This document shows, piece by piece, positions 11,644 through 25,800 of a DNA stretch of 64,000 nt. The position numbers were made by a program, and so were the translations under genes. The DNA is from Eledone cirrhosa (Eukaryota): positions 30,318,001 through 30,382,000 of the forward strand of contig OZ024753.1 of NCBI GenBank assembly GCA_964016885.1, read 5' to 3'. Below the pieces are notes generated by a model. The model saw only the letters and a program-made list of their open reading frames with translations. It searched no databases and was not told where the DNA came from. Each line of letters starts with the position of its first letter. Positions within the stretch are counted from its first letter, which is position 1.

Positions 11644-12266
11644 GATATATACACACACACACCACATGATATGACAGCTGCAGGCTGATGATACTTGTTT
11701 CCCTCATAGTACCAGTATCAGTATAAATTTGGTTGATGTGATACATGGGAGTGTATTTTGGGTATAGTTCTAAAGGACATGATCAGTTTTTTTTACTTTG
11801 TCCTGTGTAGTACGGATGTGTAGTACACATGTTGCCTCAAAAAGGTCTCATTCAACCCATGCCAGCATTGAAAAGTAGATCAAGGTGATTAGGATATTCC
11901 TTAGTTTATTCTCAATCACAATAGCTGTTTAAATCATACCCAGATGTGTTAATTTAATATATATATATATATATATATGGCTTCCTCAATTTTGGAACAA
12001 TATGTTTTAATAATAGATTAATAAATAGCTTATTGTAAAAGGCTGAAGTTTTTTTCCCGCCTAAGACAAATTATTATCTAATTATGTAATGAAGAAATTT
12101 TTAATTGATTGGATTACCATTGTAATCCGGCCTTGTACTGAAGTAATCTGCTACAAAAGTACTTCAGAACTTTGCTGTTCATACACAAAATATACTGACT
12201 AGTTTATAATTCTATTTTACATGGTAAAGAACAATGGTAATGTTATGAGAGTGTTGTGGATATTTT

Positions 12267-12562
12267 ATAATAATAATGAAATTATTGTGTACAGTGCTCA
12301 GGTGCACTACAACTCATCAAAGGTGGATGTATAGTACATAGAATAATGTACAAATGTCAGGAAAATGAACAGTGTATGAGTTATGAAATACATGTGTGCA
12401 TGTGTATGGAAGGGGGACATCAGGTGTAGTGTTGGCGAATCTCAGGAAGCATGGAGGTTTTAAAGGGTGCAATGTCTCGGCAGCTAACAACTGATGCAGG
12501 TAGTTTGTTCCATGCTTCAGCAAATCTGAGCGTGAAAAAATGTTTCCGAAAGTCATGGTCAC
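12267..12562 (-). mobile_element. CR1 3'-end fragment (related fragments ~1316-1463, 30260-30375, 38921-39043)
   Basis: Same 3'UTR (GTGCACCTGAGCACTGTACACAAT(A)ATTTCATTATT) and ORF2 end as the 39-42 kb CR1. Confidence 0.8.
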
Positions 12563-13111
12563 AAAATAGAAACAAAATGTTGAATATGATGTGTTACAAT
12601 ATTAGTGGTACTGCGCTGGCTGATAGAGGTATTCTGGATAAATAAATAAAATTAAATCTCACCTGTAAATTGCAATTGAATTAGCTTTGTCTCTGTAATT
12701 GGATGAATTAGTGATAATCTTTATTATAGTTAATTAAAACTGAGATATTATAGTGTTCATACTTTTAACATGCTTGTGTATGTGAATGTTTGTCAATTTT
12801 TAACTCTTGAGCATTTAAACCGGCCATATCTGGCCAGGATTCTCTCACTTTTTCCTGTTCAAACCGGCATGAACTGCCAACTCATACTGATGTTAAGGTA
12901 TTGTTCTCAAAATAAATAATATCAAAATCTCATAGATTCGATATTATGGGAGGTAAAGCCTTTACCATGAAAATATAATAGTAAATATAGAGTAATGTAA
13001 ATGCTAAAGGGTTCAAAATTGACAGACATTGATGGGTAAGGCAAAACTAACAGGGATAGATGATTTCAACAATTTGCATTAGTGAAACATTTTCTTGAGT
13101 TCATTATTAAC

Positions 13112-13430
13112 TTGGCAGTATCGGTAGAGGGTCAGACACCATGCTTTCCAGCATAGTTATGTCCCTTTACGATCTGAGTTCAAATCCCTCCGAGGTTGAC
13201 TTTGCCTTTCATCCTTACGGGGTCGATAAAATAAAGTACCAGTAATGCACTGGGTAATTGCTGGCCTTGTGCCTAAAGTAGAAACAATTATTAACCTTTA
13301 GCCAGGGTTAACTTTGCCTTTCATCCTTACGTGGTGGATAAAATAAGTACCAGTAATGCACTGGGGTCAATCTAATCGACTTTCTCTTCCCCAAAAATTG
13401 TTAGCTTTGTGCCTAAATCAGAAACCAATA
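13112..13430 (+). mobile_element. SINE family A plus partial tandem copy (others ~20885-21360, 23620-23760, 32100-32520, 45135-45323, 49370-49600, 49753-49938)
   Basis: Same consensus as 5905-6082. Confidence 0.8.
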
Positions 13431-13916
13431 ACTCTTAGCATCCTGAAAATATTTAAAACCATGTTTACTTTAAATATTTATATTATGTTTATTAGTGGAC
13501 AAATTGTGAAAATTTGTAGTAAACTAAAGACTAATTTTTAATGAAATGCAGACATAGTACTGTTTTATACTTTTCAAGAATGTTTTACTAATGTAATTTC
13601 ATGTTTGTTTATTCAATTATCTATATTATTTTTATTAGTGGACAGGTTATTATGAAAATTTGTAGTAAACTAAATACTTTAATTTTTAATGTGATGCAGT
13701 CATTGTGCTAATTAGTATTTTTCAAGGATGTCTTGCTAATGTGGTTTCATGTGGTAGAGCACATTCAGAGTTAATATATTTCCTTGGTTAATATATTTAG
13801 ATATTAAAAGGATAGCTTGTAGCTTCTAAGTGAAAGAAAATAGTAACATTATTTAGCTGACTGCAGCAAAGGGCAGTTCTTAGCTAAGTAGGTCTATATT
13901 TAAACAACAGAAATAT

Positions 13917-14134
13917 TTAACCCTTTAATGTTCAAACTGGTCAGAATTCTCTACCTTTTTCTGTTGAAACTGGCTGTAACTGGTCACTCAAACTGATGTT
14001 AAGGTATTGTTCTCAAAATAAATACTTTCAAAATCTCATAGATTCGATATTATGTGAGATAATTATGTAAGATAAAGCCTTTACAATGAAAATATAATAG
14101 TATATATAGAGTAATGTAAATGCTAAAGGGTTAA
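13917..14134 (-). mobile_element. piggyBac-type MITE
   Basis: TTAA flanks, CCCTTTA/TAAAGGG termini, same family as 444-666. Confidence 0.85.
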
Positions 14135-14474
14135 GAACACTATCATTAGTGTTACCTTCATAATCATCATCCTTGTTATTATATAATAATTTAAAGAGCT
14201 TAATAAAAATTGACTAGCAACTATAATATAGTTAATATATCACTTTATTGCCAGTTGGATTTCAATCATATTGACAATACATATCTAGGACATTTTGTAT
14301 ATACAATCAATATTGATTTCATCTGAGAATGAGTTCACATAGCTCCATATTAATTTCACCAATGTAATGTACACTGTTCTTGAAATTGATATAAACACAG
14401 ACTTAAAGGAATAACTAGCCATTTAGCTACAATAACTATCCATTTAGCTACAGGTGATATTAAAATATTTGATT

Positions 14475-14820
14475 TTGGTGAATAGAGAGATATGTCGCTA
14501 CTCTGGTGGTTCTTTATTAAACATTATACTGTGTAGATGTTGGTCTATAGAGATGTAGCTACCCTGGTGGTCAAGATTTAGACTACTATAGTTATACTAT
14601 GTAGATGTCGGTGTATAAACACTTTGCTATTCTGGTGGTCAAGATTTAGACTACTATTGTAGATGTTTGGTGTATAGAGATGTACCTACTACAGTGGTCA
14701 AGATTTAGACTACTATTGTAGATGTTTGGTGTATAGAGATGTACCTACTACAGTGGTCAAGATTTAGACTACTATTGTAGATGTTGGTGTATAGAGATGT
14801 AGCTATTCTGGTGATCAAGA
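14475..14820. repeat. ~59-bp degenerate tandem repeat
   Basis: GTGGTCAAGATTTAGACTACTATTGTAGATGT recurs with a 59-bp period. Confidence 0.85.
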
Positions 14821-17120
14821 ATATATTGCTTTAACTTATTTGAAAATATATATGAGGATATATTTTATTTATTAACTATCTGGAGATTTCTCTTGGTAAT
14901 CTTATAGTCACCAATTAGAGTTAAGTCAATAGAGTTAAGTCTTAGCAATATCTTTGTAGATAAATAACTTAATCTATTAGATTTAGTTATGCCTCTAGAA
15001 ACTGTATGTATTACTTCATTGGCTACTAAAACATCTGTATATATAAAGGGTGTCCCCCCCTCCCCCAAATATATACATACTTCAACAGCATTCTAATCAA
15101 AGTGTATACATTTTTGGGAGACATTCTGTATGTAAGCTTTTGTTTTTTAAATAAACCATATAGCTTACAACTCTCTTAGTCTTAACAATTGCAGTAAATA
15201 AAATATGTTGGGTGAAATGACTCTCTCCATATTGGTTTAGTTCTAAATAGTTTTTGTTTTAACCTTTTAGCATATATACTATTGTAGTTTTGTGGTATAG
15301 GCTTTGTCGCACATAACTGTCCCCCATAGTATCGAATCTATGAGATTTTGTTGTTATTTATTTTGAGAACAATACCTTAACTGAACAGGAAGAGGTGGGA
15401 GAATTCTGGCCGGATACAGCCAGTTTAAATGCTAAAGGGACCCTTTAGGCATTATTTTCTTCAGGCAATCTCTATCACAATCATCATCACCATCATCGTC
15501 ATCTTTCTAATATAATTTTTTTAGTGCCATCATTATCATATTTTTTAAGTTATTTAAAGTTAATTATGCAGCTTGGTCATATTTCAATGTACCACATTCT
15601 TCAAATTTAAGTTTCGACTGTTGCTATTACTGATGATGATGATAACAATGTTTATAATCATCTAATTAAATTTCTGAATAAAGAATAATTAGCTTTTCAA
15701 CCATAGTTTCCACTAATTAAAATAAAGTTTATAGGGACAGATAGTTAATGATTAATTTGGTAATTAAATCTAAATTGAATGTCACTAGTTTTATGATTTA
15801 TCTGGGATTAATTTTAATTGAATTTTACTATTTTTAGCCATTTATTGTTCAGTAAAATACAATGGCATAAGAGGACCAAATGGGGTCACTTGACCTGCTA
15901 GAAGTAGCTGATAAATATCCCTCAGATCAAGCCTTCTGTTACCAAACTGCTTGAACACAGATTCAAAGCATTGTACTTGTTTGTCAAGTGACTTATTTTG
16001 AGATGGTCTTGAAACTAAAGCAATTACACAATAGAAGGATGAAAGTGGTTGGGTGAGAGGAATAGAACCAGTGGTGGATGTTGTGATGAGAAATGGAATG
16101 TGATTGTTGGGTCATGTGTTGAGGATGGATGAAAGTGGTTGGGTGAGAGGAATAGAACCACTAATGAATGTTCTGAAGAGAAGTGGAATATGATTGTTGG
16201 GTCATGTGTTGAGGATGGATGAAAGTGACTTGAGAGGAATAGAACCACTGATGAATGTTCTGAAGAGAAGTGGAATATGATTGAAGGAGTGGAGTGGGAA
16301 ATGGAAGTCGGGGGTTGTGAGGGGGTATAGATGATAGGGAAAATGGAGAAGATTGTCATGGGTCTTGCAAGGTTATCCCTGCTTAAAACACTTGTTTTGT
16401 ATCTCTATAAGTTAATTTAATTTTTTTCTTGTCCTATCATAAATTCCAAATATTGTAGATATATTCAATTCAATTATTTAGTTACACAGCAACCACTGTA
16501 TAAAAGAAGAGTTTATTCCATTTTTCAATTCCTTTTGTTTCTAAATCAAATCTTTACCAATATATATATTGATCTTCAAGAATATTGTCTTCAATAATTG
16601 TTTTCTTTTGATGTTATTTTTCATTGGAACCCTTCTTTTTTTAAAAATAGATATTGCTACTATTCTACTTTATATATTTATAGTTTTATTTAATGCATTC
16701 ATCAGAACAACAAGTTTAATTTGAATTTCTGGTGGTTCTCAAGCCAGACTTATATTACAGTTCATTGGTTTTTATTTTTTTATTTCAACTTTTATTACAG
16801 CTCTCAGTAGCTGTCAGTCATGTGTGATATGATGCAATTTGATGTTATTAGAGATTTCAAAGAAATGCTTTGAATATGTGAACTACACTTAGTAGTTTCT
16901 CAGCACCTTCACCATTAACTTCACCATTAAGAATCTTGAGAAGACAAATCCAAATCAATGTCATTTCAAGTTAGGCTAGCTTCTTGGAAAGAACTGAGAA
17001 AATGTTGGCATTGAACAAAGGAGAACAAATCGATTTCTTCTGGCTTGCTTAACCATTATTTTGTATTAATCATATCTTCAGTATTAATGAAGCTTTGTTT
17101 AACTACTCTCCCCCTGTCTC

Positions 17121-17764
17121 ATCACAACCACCACCACTACAACCACCACAACCACCACCACGACAACCACCATCACCACAACCACCATCACCACCACCAC
17201 CACCACCACAACCACAACCACCATCATCACCACCACCACAACCACCACCATCACCACCACCACAACCACCATCACCACCACCACAACCACCATCACCACC
17301 ACCATCACCACCACCATCACCACCACCACCACCATCACCACAACCACAACCACCACCATCACCACCACCACAACCACCACCATCACCACCACCACAACCA
17401 CCACCATCACCACCACCACAACCACCATCACCACCACCACAACCACCATCACCACCACCATCACCACCACCACAACCACCATCACCACCACCATCACCAC
17501 CACCACCATCACCACAACCACAACCACCACCATCACCACCACCACAACCACCATCACCACCACCACAACCACCATCACCACCATCACCACCACCACCATC
17601 ACCACAACCACAACCACCATCACCACCACCACCACCACCACAACCACAACCACCACCATCACCACCACCACAACCACCATCACCACCACCACAACCACCA
17701 TCACCACCACCATCACCACCACCACAACCACCATCACCACCACCATCACCACCACCACCATCAC
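17121..17764. repeat. Compound (CAC/CAA/CAT)n trinucleotide expansion
   Basis: Pure triplet array abutting the tail of a minus-strand RTE/SINE end at 17765. Confidence 0.95.
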
Positions 17765-19087
17765 CGTTTAACGTCCATTTTTCCACACTAGCATGGGTCA
17801 GATGAGTTATCCTGTTGTGATCATGTCTTGCTCATACTGAACTTATTTTGGCTTGGTTTCTACAACTGGATGCCCTTCCTAGTGCCAACCTCACAATATA
17901 TACATATATAAAAGCTCACACTGCCCTACTATTGTGCAAGAGTATACAGTATACACGTGTTGTGTACAAACTATATTTTGGGCTGATATTGTTATTTGTA
18001 TAAATGTGAAGGTAAATAGCTTAGTAGTTATAGTGTTGGGCTCATGATAATATGGTTGTGAGTTCAATTCCCAGACTAAGCGGGATGCTGTATGTCTTTG
18101 AGCAAGACACTTTATTTCTCAGCTGGTTAAAATGAGTCGTGATGACCCAGGTACCTTCGCCTTTCACTGAGACAACAAATGCATCTAGAGTGGCAACCCA
18201 ATGATTGGTGACACCAGTTGCAGGAACATGAGGCTGACGATGAAGAGTGTCATAGCTTGGTTTCTATCTTTCCCTGCTTCTTGGCCCATGTTGTGGGATG
18301 TACAGACTGTATTGCTGAATAAAATATTGCAATGAACAATAACTACTGATAAATCACTGTTAACTAGTAGGTATGTACTTGTTTACTTGTGTATATATAT
18401 ATATTGATTGGTGATATGGCCTGTTTTACTGATGTTAAGTATGATTCACAGAAACTGGGTTTAAAAGACATAATTGTCTTTTCTAGCATCTTGGTGATGG
18501 TGTATGACTAAAGTGTGTTGTTTCACTGCGTTTTAGCCTAATTGTGATATGTTTTAGTTTGTATGAGATATACAGCAGACATCTATTATATAAACCAGAC
18601 AGCTATATTGTGTTGTTTCTAACTAACTGTTGTCATAGATATATATAAGCTGAGATGCAGGTAATTAACTGAAGCCAGGGGAGGGCTTCAGAAAAAACAA
18701 GAAAAATAAAACTATTAAGCTGCATAAGTATTCTGAAAGTCATGAATATATTTTATATGTCAGATACCTTTATCCTCTGAATCATTTATAATGATGATGA
18801 TGCATGCACCTACATACGCATGCACACACACACTCTCTCACACATACTCACTTACATACATACACTCTCTCTCTCTCTCACTCACACACATACATATGTA
18901 CATACACACACACACACACTCTTTCACTCTCTCATTGGCCCATCTGTATATATTTTCACTTCCACTCCTGAAAGTTTTTAGCCTTAGCTAATGATCAGAC
19001 AAGATGGAGTTGAAGTTTAAACAAGCAAGAGCTTTAGTTGACATCTCTCAGCCAAAGCAGGGGGTGAAATGGACAGCAGTCTTAGCT

Positions 19088-19303
19088 TTAACCCTTTAGC
19101 ATTTAAACTGGCCGTATTCAGCCTGAATTCTCTTACCTCTTTCTTTTCAAATTGGTCATAACTGGCCATTCATACTGATGTTAAGCTATGTTCTCAAAAT
19201 AAATAAATATCAAAATCTCATAGATTCGATATTATGTGAGATAAACCTTTTACCATGAAAATATAATAGTAAATATAGAGTAATGTAAATGCTAAAGGGT
19301 TAA
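19088..19303 (-). mobile_element. piggyBac-type MITE
   Basis: TTAA flanks and CCCTTTAGCATTT TIRs. Confidence 0.85.
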
Positions 19304-19507
19304 AGTCATTTAAAAATGTCTTTAATATTGTCACAATGCTTTCAAAACTGCCTTAATATTCAATTCATTTAGTATATGTTACCTCACTATAGCACATGAC
19401 AAATAATGCTGCTGCATCATCATCATCATCATCATCATCATTGTCGTCGTTATTATTTAATGTCTTTTTTATATATTTAACTTTTAATTTCCTTTCTTTA
19501 TTTGCAG

Positions 19508-19728
19508 GTGCCTTGAGGCGCTGGTGAGACCAGAGCAACCATATCTCCTTGCCAATGACATTTCTACTGCCCACTGTGTGGGTATTTTAGAATGCTTACC
19601 AAACTCTGTCAAGCTGGCATCACATGATAAAGGGCAGCTGGGATCCAAAGAAACAGATACTGAATTATATGAAACCAACCATGATAAGTGTTGGATGAAT
19701 TCACGAGTTGATGCCAGTGTTATAACAG
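19508..19728 (+). CDS. TRAK1: TRAK/Milton upstream exon (ends ...MNSRVDASVIT-[D]); may be partly 5'UTR with ATG at 19695
   Basis: Polypyrimidine tract plus TTTGCAG acceptor and ACAG|GTAACT donor. Phase 1 (G) joins AC of the 25294 exon to give GAC (D). RVDASVITDVC resembles the N-terminus of vertebrate TRAK2 (RDSESITDVC, recalled). Frame is open across the whole exon. Confidence 0.75.
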
Positions 19729-20303
19729 GTAACTTTGGAGTCATTTCACAGGAATTCTTCTGCAGCCATTTTCATTTTCTTCTTTGTTTACTTATTTCTG
19801 GGAGAGTCTTCAAACACTCCTTTTAGCATGCTCTGTCATAAGCAACCATCTCCAATTGATCCAGCTGAACCCCCAAATGAGACCAGCTGAGCTCATGGAT
19901 GTTATCAAACCATCTTTCTTGGGGTCTGCCCCTGGGTCTCCTGGTTGGTTTTGCCCGTAAAATCTGTCCAGCGATTTTTTTTTTTTTTTTTTTTTTTTTT
20001 CCTGAGACATTCTAGCCACATGCCTGTAGTATTGGTGAAATCTTGCAAATGCTTTCTAAGTATATCATCATCATCGTTTTATGCTTGCATTTTCCATGCT
20101 TGTATTGGTTGTAAAGGTTGTCACAGTTTCAGACTAGACAGGCCAGTGGGGACCACGTATTGCTCATACGATCCATGGTTTCCATAACTGCATGCCTTTC
20201 CTAACACCAACCACCTTACAGGATGTACTAGGTGTATTTTATTGTGGCCTCGGCACTATCTCTTTATAGAATGTACTGGGGGCATTTTATCATGCCACCA
20301 ACA

Positions 20304-20640
20304 TTTCATTTCATTTCATTTCACGTCCGCTTTTTCCCTGCTTGCAAGGGTGGGACGGGAACTGATTCTGGCTTGATTTCTACAGCTGGATGCCCTTCCT
20401 AACACCAACCTCATTTACAGTGAGTGCTGGGTGCTTTTTTGCCGTGGCACCTCCACGACCACTTTACAGTGGAATGATAAGGACCCCAGTCCCTATCATC
20501 TCATTTCTACAGCTGAGTAAACTGGAGCAATGTGAAATAAAGTGTCTTGCTCAAGGAAACAACACATCACCCGGTCTGAGAATTGAACTCACAACCTTTC
20601 GATTGCAAGGCCAATGCTCTAACCACTAAGCCATGCGCCA
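20304..20640 (-). mobile_element. SINE family B
   Basis: Near-identical to 6343-6673. Confidence 0.85.
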
Positions 20641-21759
20641 CCAGTGTTATAGGTATTTAAATTTTTAATTTTAAAATCATTCAAATAATGATGTACAGAG
20701 GTGGGAAAACATCCAGGCAGGCAAGTAAAGTGAAGACCACTTTTTGATGAACACAACTGACCCCAATTAAAAATACAGTGGGTGGTACTTCATAAAATAC
20801 TTACCAATAAAAGAGTTACTTAAGTATCGGCAAATATAAAACATTGAGTCATGAAGTAGACTTATTATGCTATGTTTTTATTCCTCATTCTAAGGTTAAT
20901 AAAATAAAGTACCAGTTAAGTACTGGGGTTGGTTTAATCAACTAGGCCTTCCTCTCAAATTTGTGGCCTTGTGCCTATGTGAAAAATTATTCTCATTATT
21001 GATAGGCAGGTACATAGTTACGGCTCTTTATGTTCTGAGTTCAAATCCCCGCCGAGGTTAGCTTTGCCTTTCATCCTTACAGGGTCGATAAAATAAAGCA
21101 CCAGTAATGCACTGGGGTTGATTTAATCGACTTTCCCCTCTCCCAAAATTGCTGGCCCTGTACCTATAATAGAAATCATTATTGACAGGTAGGTACAGAG
21201 AGTTACAGCCCTTTACGCTCTGAGTTCAAATCCCGCCAAGGTTAACTTTGCCTTTCATCCTTACGAGGTAGATAAAATAAAGTACCAGTAATACACTGGG
21301 ATCAATTTAACCGACTTTCCCTGCCCCCAAAATTGTTGTGCCTAAATTAGAAACCATTATTGTTCTTTCCTATTCTATTGGTAAACATTCTCTCTTAAAT
21401 ATTTGTTTGTATTTAAATAGATCAGTAGACCTAATAAACCCCTACCCGATTAACTATAGATTTGTTCATTTCTTATGATAGAGTTAAGTTCTCTTCAAAC
21501 AGAACTAAACACACCTGTATATTGAAGTCTAACATTAACTCAGGGGAGTTAACTTCGATTAACAAGTGATCAATTTTGCTGTAGCAAATCTAAAGTTGTT
21601 TGGCTTTCTGTCAGCTTACAACTATTGTATTAGAAATTTGACATTTGATAAATGTTGGACTTCTAGGTAGGGTTTATTTTCAGAGTCAGATATATATTTG
21701 ACCCAAAATTCTTCTAGGTTGCTGGAACTGGTGCAATAATGTGCCAGCTTCAGCACTTG

Positions 21760-22275
21760 GTCATCAGAAGAGGGGAGGTAGGTGTAAAAGCCAAAATGAC
21801 TATCTTCAATTCGGTGTTTGTGCCTGCCCTTACCTATGATCATAGATCTTAGGTAATGTCCAAAAGAATATGATTATGAATACAAGCGGCCAAATTGGGG
21901 TTCCTCTGAAGGGACTTTGGAGTAATGTTACTTGATAGGGTGTATAGCTTGGAGATCAGAGAGTCGCTCGAGGTAGAGCTGCTACGTCTTCAAATTGACA
22001 GATTACAGCTCTGGTACTATGGACATTTAGTTAGAATTTCTAAAGAAAGAATCACTGGACAAATTTTATTGGCAAAACCAACTGTCAGGAAACCCAGAGG
22101 TAGACCATTAGCAAGATGGTTGGATAACATCCATAAGCTCAGTTGGTATTGCTTGGGGATCCATCCAGGTGAGTTAGAGAGTGATGCTTCTGTATCGACT
22201 TTCTGGAAGGCATCTTTGAGGTCTCTGCCCCTACGACTCTCTCAGGAATACGTGGGCGAAGAAGATTCTCGACCA
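21760..22275 (+). mobile_element. Degenerate RTE-type LINE 3' fragment (related pieces ~19790-20030, 24215-24320, 60120-60350, 61865-62090)
   Basis: LQLWYYGHLVR..RKPRGRPLARWLD motif. The dispersed copies share sequence. Confidence 0.7.
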
Positions 22276-22313
22276 TAGGGCTCAAAATTCTCCTCTCATG
22301 GAGCATTACTTTC

Positions 22314-22757
22314 ACAGCTGGTGTTAGGCATCTTGAGTCACCAACACACTTGATCCAACTCAGCTGTGTTAGGCAACTTGAGTCACCAACACACTTGATC
22401 CAACTCAGCTGTGTTAGGCAACTTGAGTCGCCAACACACTTGATCCAACTCAGCTGTGTTAGGCAACTTGAGTCGCCAACACACTTGATCCAACTCAGCT
22501 GTGTTAGGCAACTTGAGTCGCCAACACACTTGATCCAACTCAGCTGTGTTAGGCAACTTGAGTCGCCAACACACTTGATCCAACTCAGCTGTGTTAGGCA
22601 ACTTGAGTCGCCAACACACTTGATCCAACTCAGCTGTGTTAGGCAACTTGAGTCGCCAACACACTTGATCCAACTTAGCTGTGTTAGGCAACTCGTGTCG
22701 CCAACACACTTGATCCAACTCAGCTGTGTTAGGCAACTTGAGTCGCCAACACACTTG
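22314..22757. repeat. 45-bp minisatellite, about 10 units
   Basis: CAGCTGTGTTAGGCAACTTGAGTCGCCAACACACTTGATCCAACT repeated head-to-tail. Confidence 0.95.
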
Positions 22758-23063
22758 AACTTGTATATTAATATAAAAATTGTATACAACTTTTATATTA
22801 ATATACAACAAATTTGTCAGTGTGAGTTATATTGTTTATAGATACACACACACATATCTGCAACCCATGCCAGAATGAAAAAGCAGGCATAAAAATGTTG
22901 ACGCTGATCACACTCACACAGAGTATATTTTTGCATGTCACCTTTTTCTATAAAAATGTGAAAAACTATCATGTAACTTACCTACTGCATCTACATAACC
23001 TCAATTTATAATATATGGTACATTGTAAACAGGTGCGACTTTAAAGAAAAATATGTACAGTAT

Positions 23064-23115
<52 letters not shown>

Positions 23116-25293
23116 CATTTATACTATATTAGGTCTTTTAACATTCACACTAAAACATTAAAATCATGAAAAAACGTTATGCAGGGAAATAACTTAAATC
23201 AATTACCTCCCTTCTCAAGCAAATACTCTCTCATAAACACACATGTATATGTGTATATGTATGTATATATATATTTATATATATATATACACATGTATGT
23301 TATCTTTATACATACATACACACATGTGTATGTATAAAGATAACATAAAGATAAGATAATATATATAGTTGTTGAAGACTATCACCTAACAACACTGAGA
23401 TACTGCCATCATTCTACTAAATGCTGTACAAACAGTTGATCTTTCTAATACCTAAAGTATCACCTAAATAGTTTTATGGCAAACTTTTAAGGTTTGCTGG
23501 ACTGTTACCATTGTCCCTCTTTTTGTTACCTTGTTAATAATGACCCAAAGGAAGGTAGTAGGTTTGTGAAACTTTGTTTTTCTTTTAATTTGTAACACAA
23601 GCATTTTATTATTATTATGTTCAAATCCTGTCGAGGTTAGCTTTGCCTTTCATCCTTACGGGGGCGATAAAATAAAGCACCAGTAATGCACTGGGATCGA
23701 TTTAATTGACTTCCCCTCTCCCCAAAATTTCTGGCCTTGTGCCTATAGTAGAAATTATTATTATTATTTACTTTTTTTCTTGTTGGAAGTGGGGTCATGT
23801 TTACCTGTGTGAATTATGGCTGTTGCAACAATTTTAGGGGGTTGTAATACAGTTTATGTTATGTAGGTTATTGTAATACAGTTTGTTATGAGCTTTTTAT
23901 TTTTCATAACTGTGCTATTTTGAATTTATCCCACCTTGCTGTATTCATCTAAAAAAAACATTTTCTATAAGCCACCATAGTTACATAAATAAACATTTTA
24001 CATTCTCCTGGGTATACTGCAGAGATGTGTTTCTTTCCTAAACATAGAATACCAGCAGACTGCACTTAACAGATGGCAACCAATATATTCTAACAGCATG
24101 GATTTTGAAGTAGAGAGAGCAACACAAGCTGAACAAATTAAATATACCCCATTATATAACAATTGTTGAAAAGTTAGTCTTTTTAAGCAAGTTTAATGTA
24201 TTTCATATAAAACTATGAGCATGTGGTTAGAATGTCTCAGGAAAGATTCGCTGGAGAGATTTTATGGTCAAAACCAATTAGCAGGAGACCCAGGAGGAGA
24301 CTCCGAGCAAGATGGTTTGATTCCTAATTTTTTTTATATTGTATTTTGGAAAATTTTAAATTTAAAATCCACTTTTTTTATTATTTCATAAATTGTCATT
24401 TTGTTAAATGACGGTTTTATTTTTTTAGTTGTAATTTGTAGTTTGTCTCTTTTTTTCTTCTTTGAAAGAATATTCGAAAGAACAACTTTTTTATCTCTTC
24501 CGTTATCGTATTTCCAGTGTTCATTTTGAAAATAATCCAAAATATGGAGGAATTCAGTAAAATGACTTTTTCTTTAATAAACTGATGTTTGAAACATTTC
24601 TTAAGTAAAATTATGATGGAAGGTTTTAGTATAAATATAATGTAAATGGGTTGTGTTATAGCCTGTAATCAGAGAATCTAGTGAAGGTGCTTGGTTTAGT
24701 GGTTAGGGTGTTTGATTCATGAATGTATGCATTGGGTGGTGCATTGATTCCTTGAGCAAGACACTTTATTTGACATTGCTGGAAAAAATATATTGTGATG
24801 ACACTGTTGTCATTGGACAACATTGGTAGGGATGAGAGGGGAGACTGGTATGCATCAATGACTGCTGGCCTTCCACAAAACACTCTGCCCAGGCTTGCAT
24901 CTTGCAGAGGAACATTCAAAGTGCAAATCTAAGGTTAGTTAGGACTAAAGGGTGTCTTAAGAGGTTATTTTGTTTGTTTATAGTTTCGAATTGCTTAAAC
25001 AAAAGTATTTCTTGAATATTAGATCTTGTATTAATATTTTGACAGATTTTACATAAATTCAATAAGTTTTATTGTCAAGTAATTCTTCTTGATGACACCA
25101 GATCTGTTGACAGCCGCCATTGATAGACTATTTTGAGTGTGTGCTGCTTCTGCGGTAGGATCCCCCCCGACGACTACAGAAGTCAAGGGACTGATGATGA
25201 TGATGAATTCCTCCTTTTCCTTTACAAAATAAATAAATAAATGATTTTTATGTAATAAATTAATGTATTCTTATTTCTTCTCTCATCCTGCAG

Positions 25294-25497
25294 ACGTGTG
25301 TAACCGGGCAGATCTACCAGAAGTTGAAATCTTAAGTCTTCTTGAAGAACAAATTCCTAAATACAAACTTCGGGCTGATACTATCACAGATTTCCGTGGC
25401 TATGATAATGAAGACTGGATTCAAACCCCTTTAATTCCATTGGATGACGATCTTGAATTAACTACTGAACAAATTGAAGAAACTTTAAAATACTTCA
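25294..25497 (+). CDS. TRAK1: TRAK/Milton (trafficking kinesin-binding protein) exon, HAP1_N region
   Basis: Translates DVCNRADLPEVEILSLLEEQIPKYKLRADTITDFRGYDNEDWIQTPLIPLDDDLELTTEQIEETLKYF, closely matching the recalled TRAK1 N-terminus. CTGCAG acceptor, A|GTAAGT donor, phase 1/1. Confidence 0.95.
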
Positions 25498-25800
25498 GTA
25501 AGTGTGTTAATTTTTAAATTTTTTATTTATCATTATTGTGAGTACATTGGATAAAAAATTGCCAAATCAGTTTTTGTAAATAAAAATGTGTCTTTTATGG
25601 TATAACCATAGGAGGAAGGGTAATATCCATGATCTTTTCTTTGGTGGTGTAATCTACAAATCTTCAGATATAGCCCATCGGAAAGGATTTTTACGTAATT
25701 TCTGTCTACCGAATGTCTGGATCTACCTGGGGTTATGGCACTTGTTTAAAGTTCCAAATAGCATGATCAAACTCAGAATTACATGATCTTTCTTTTTTTT

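Noticed and set aside
17045-17805. Poly-His / extensin-like / poly-Gly / poly-Val ORFs
   Set aside because: Open in four frames because it is a pure triplet microsatellite abutting a retroelement tail; no splice or domain context.
22314-22757. CRISPR-like array or repeat protein (ORFs 22139-22841)
   Set aside because: Units are identical head-to-tail with no unique spacers, the context is eukaryotic, and the 45-bp period explains the open frames.
23297-23346. Small hairpin TGTTATCTTTATACATAC...GTATGTATAAAGATAACA as pre-miRNA
   Set aside because: Low-complexity AT/CA context, most simply a local template-switch inversion.
25191-25205. CTGATGA as a hammerhead core
   Set aside because: Part of a (TGA)n retroelement tail, with no stem II or GAAA.
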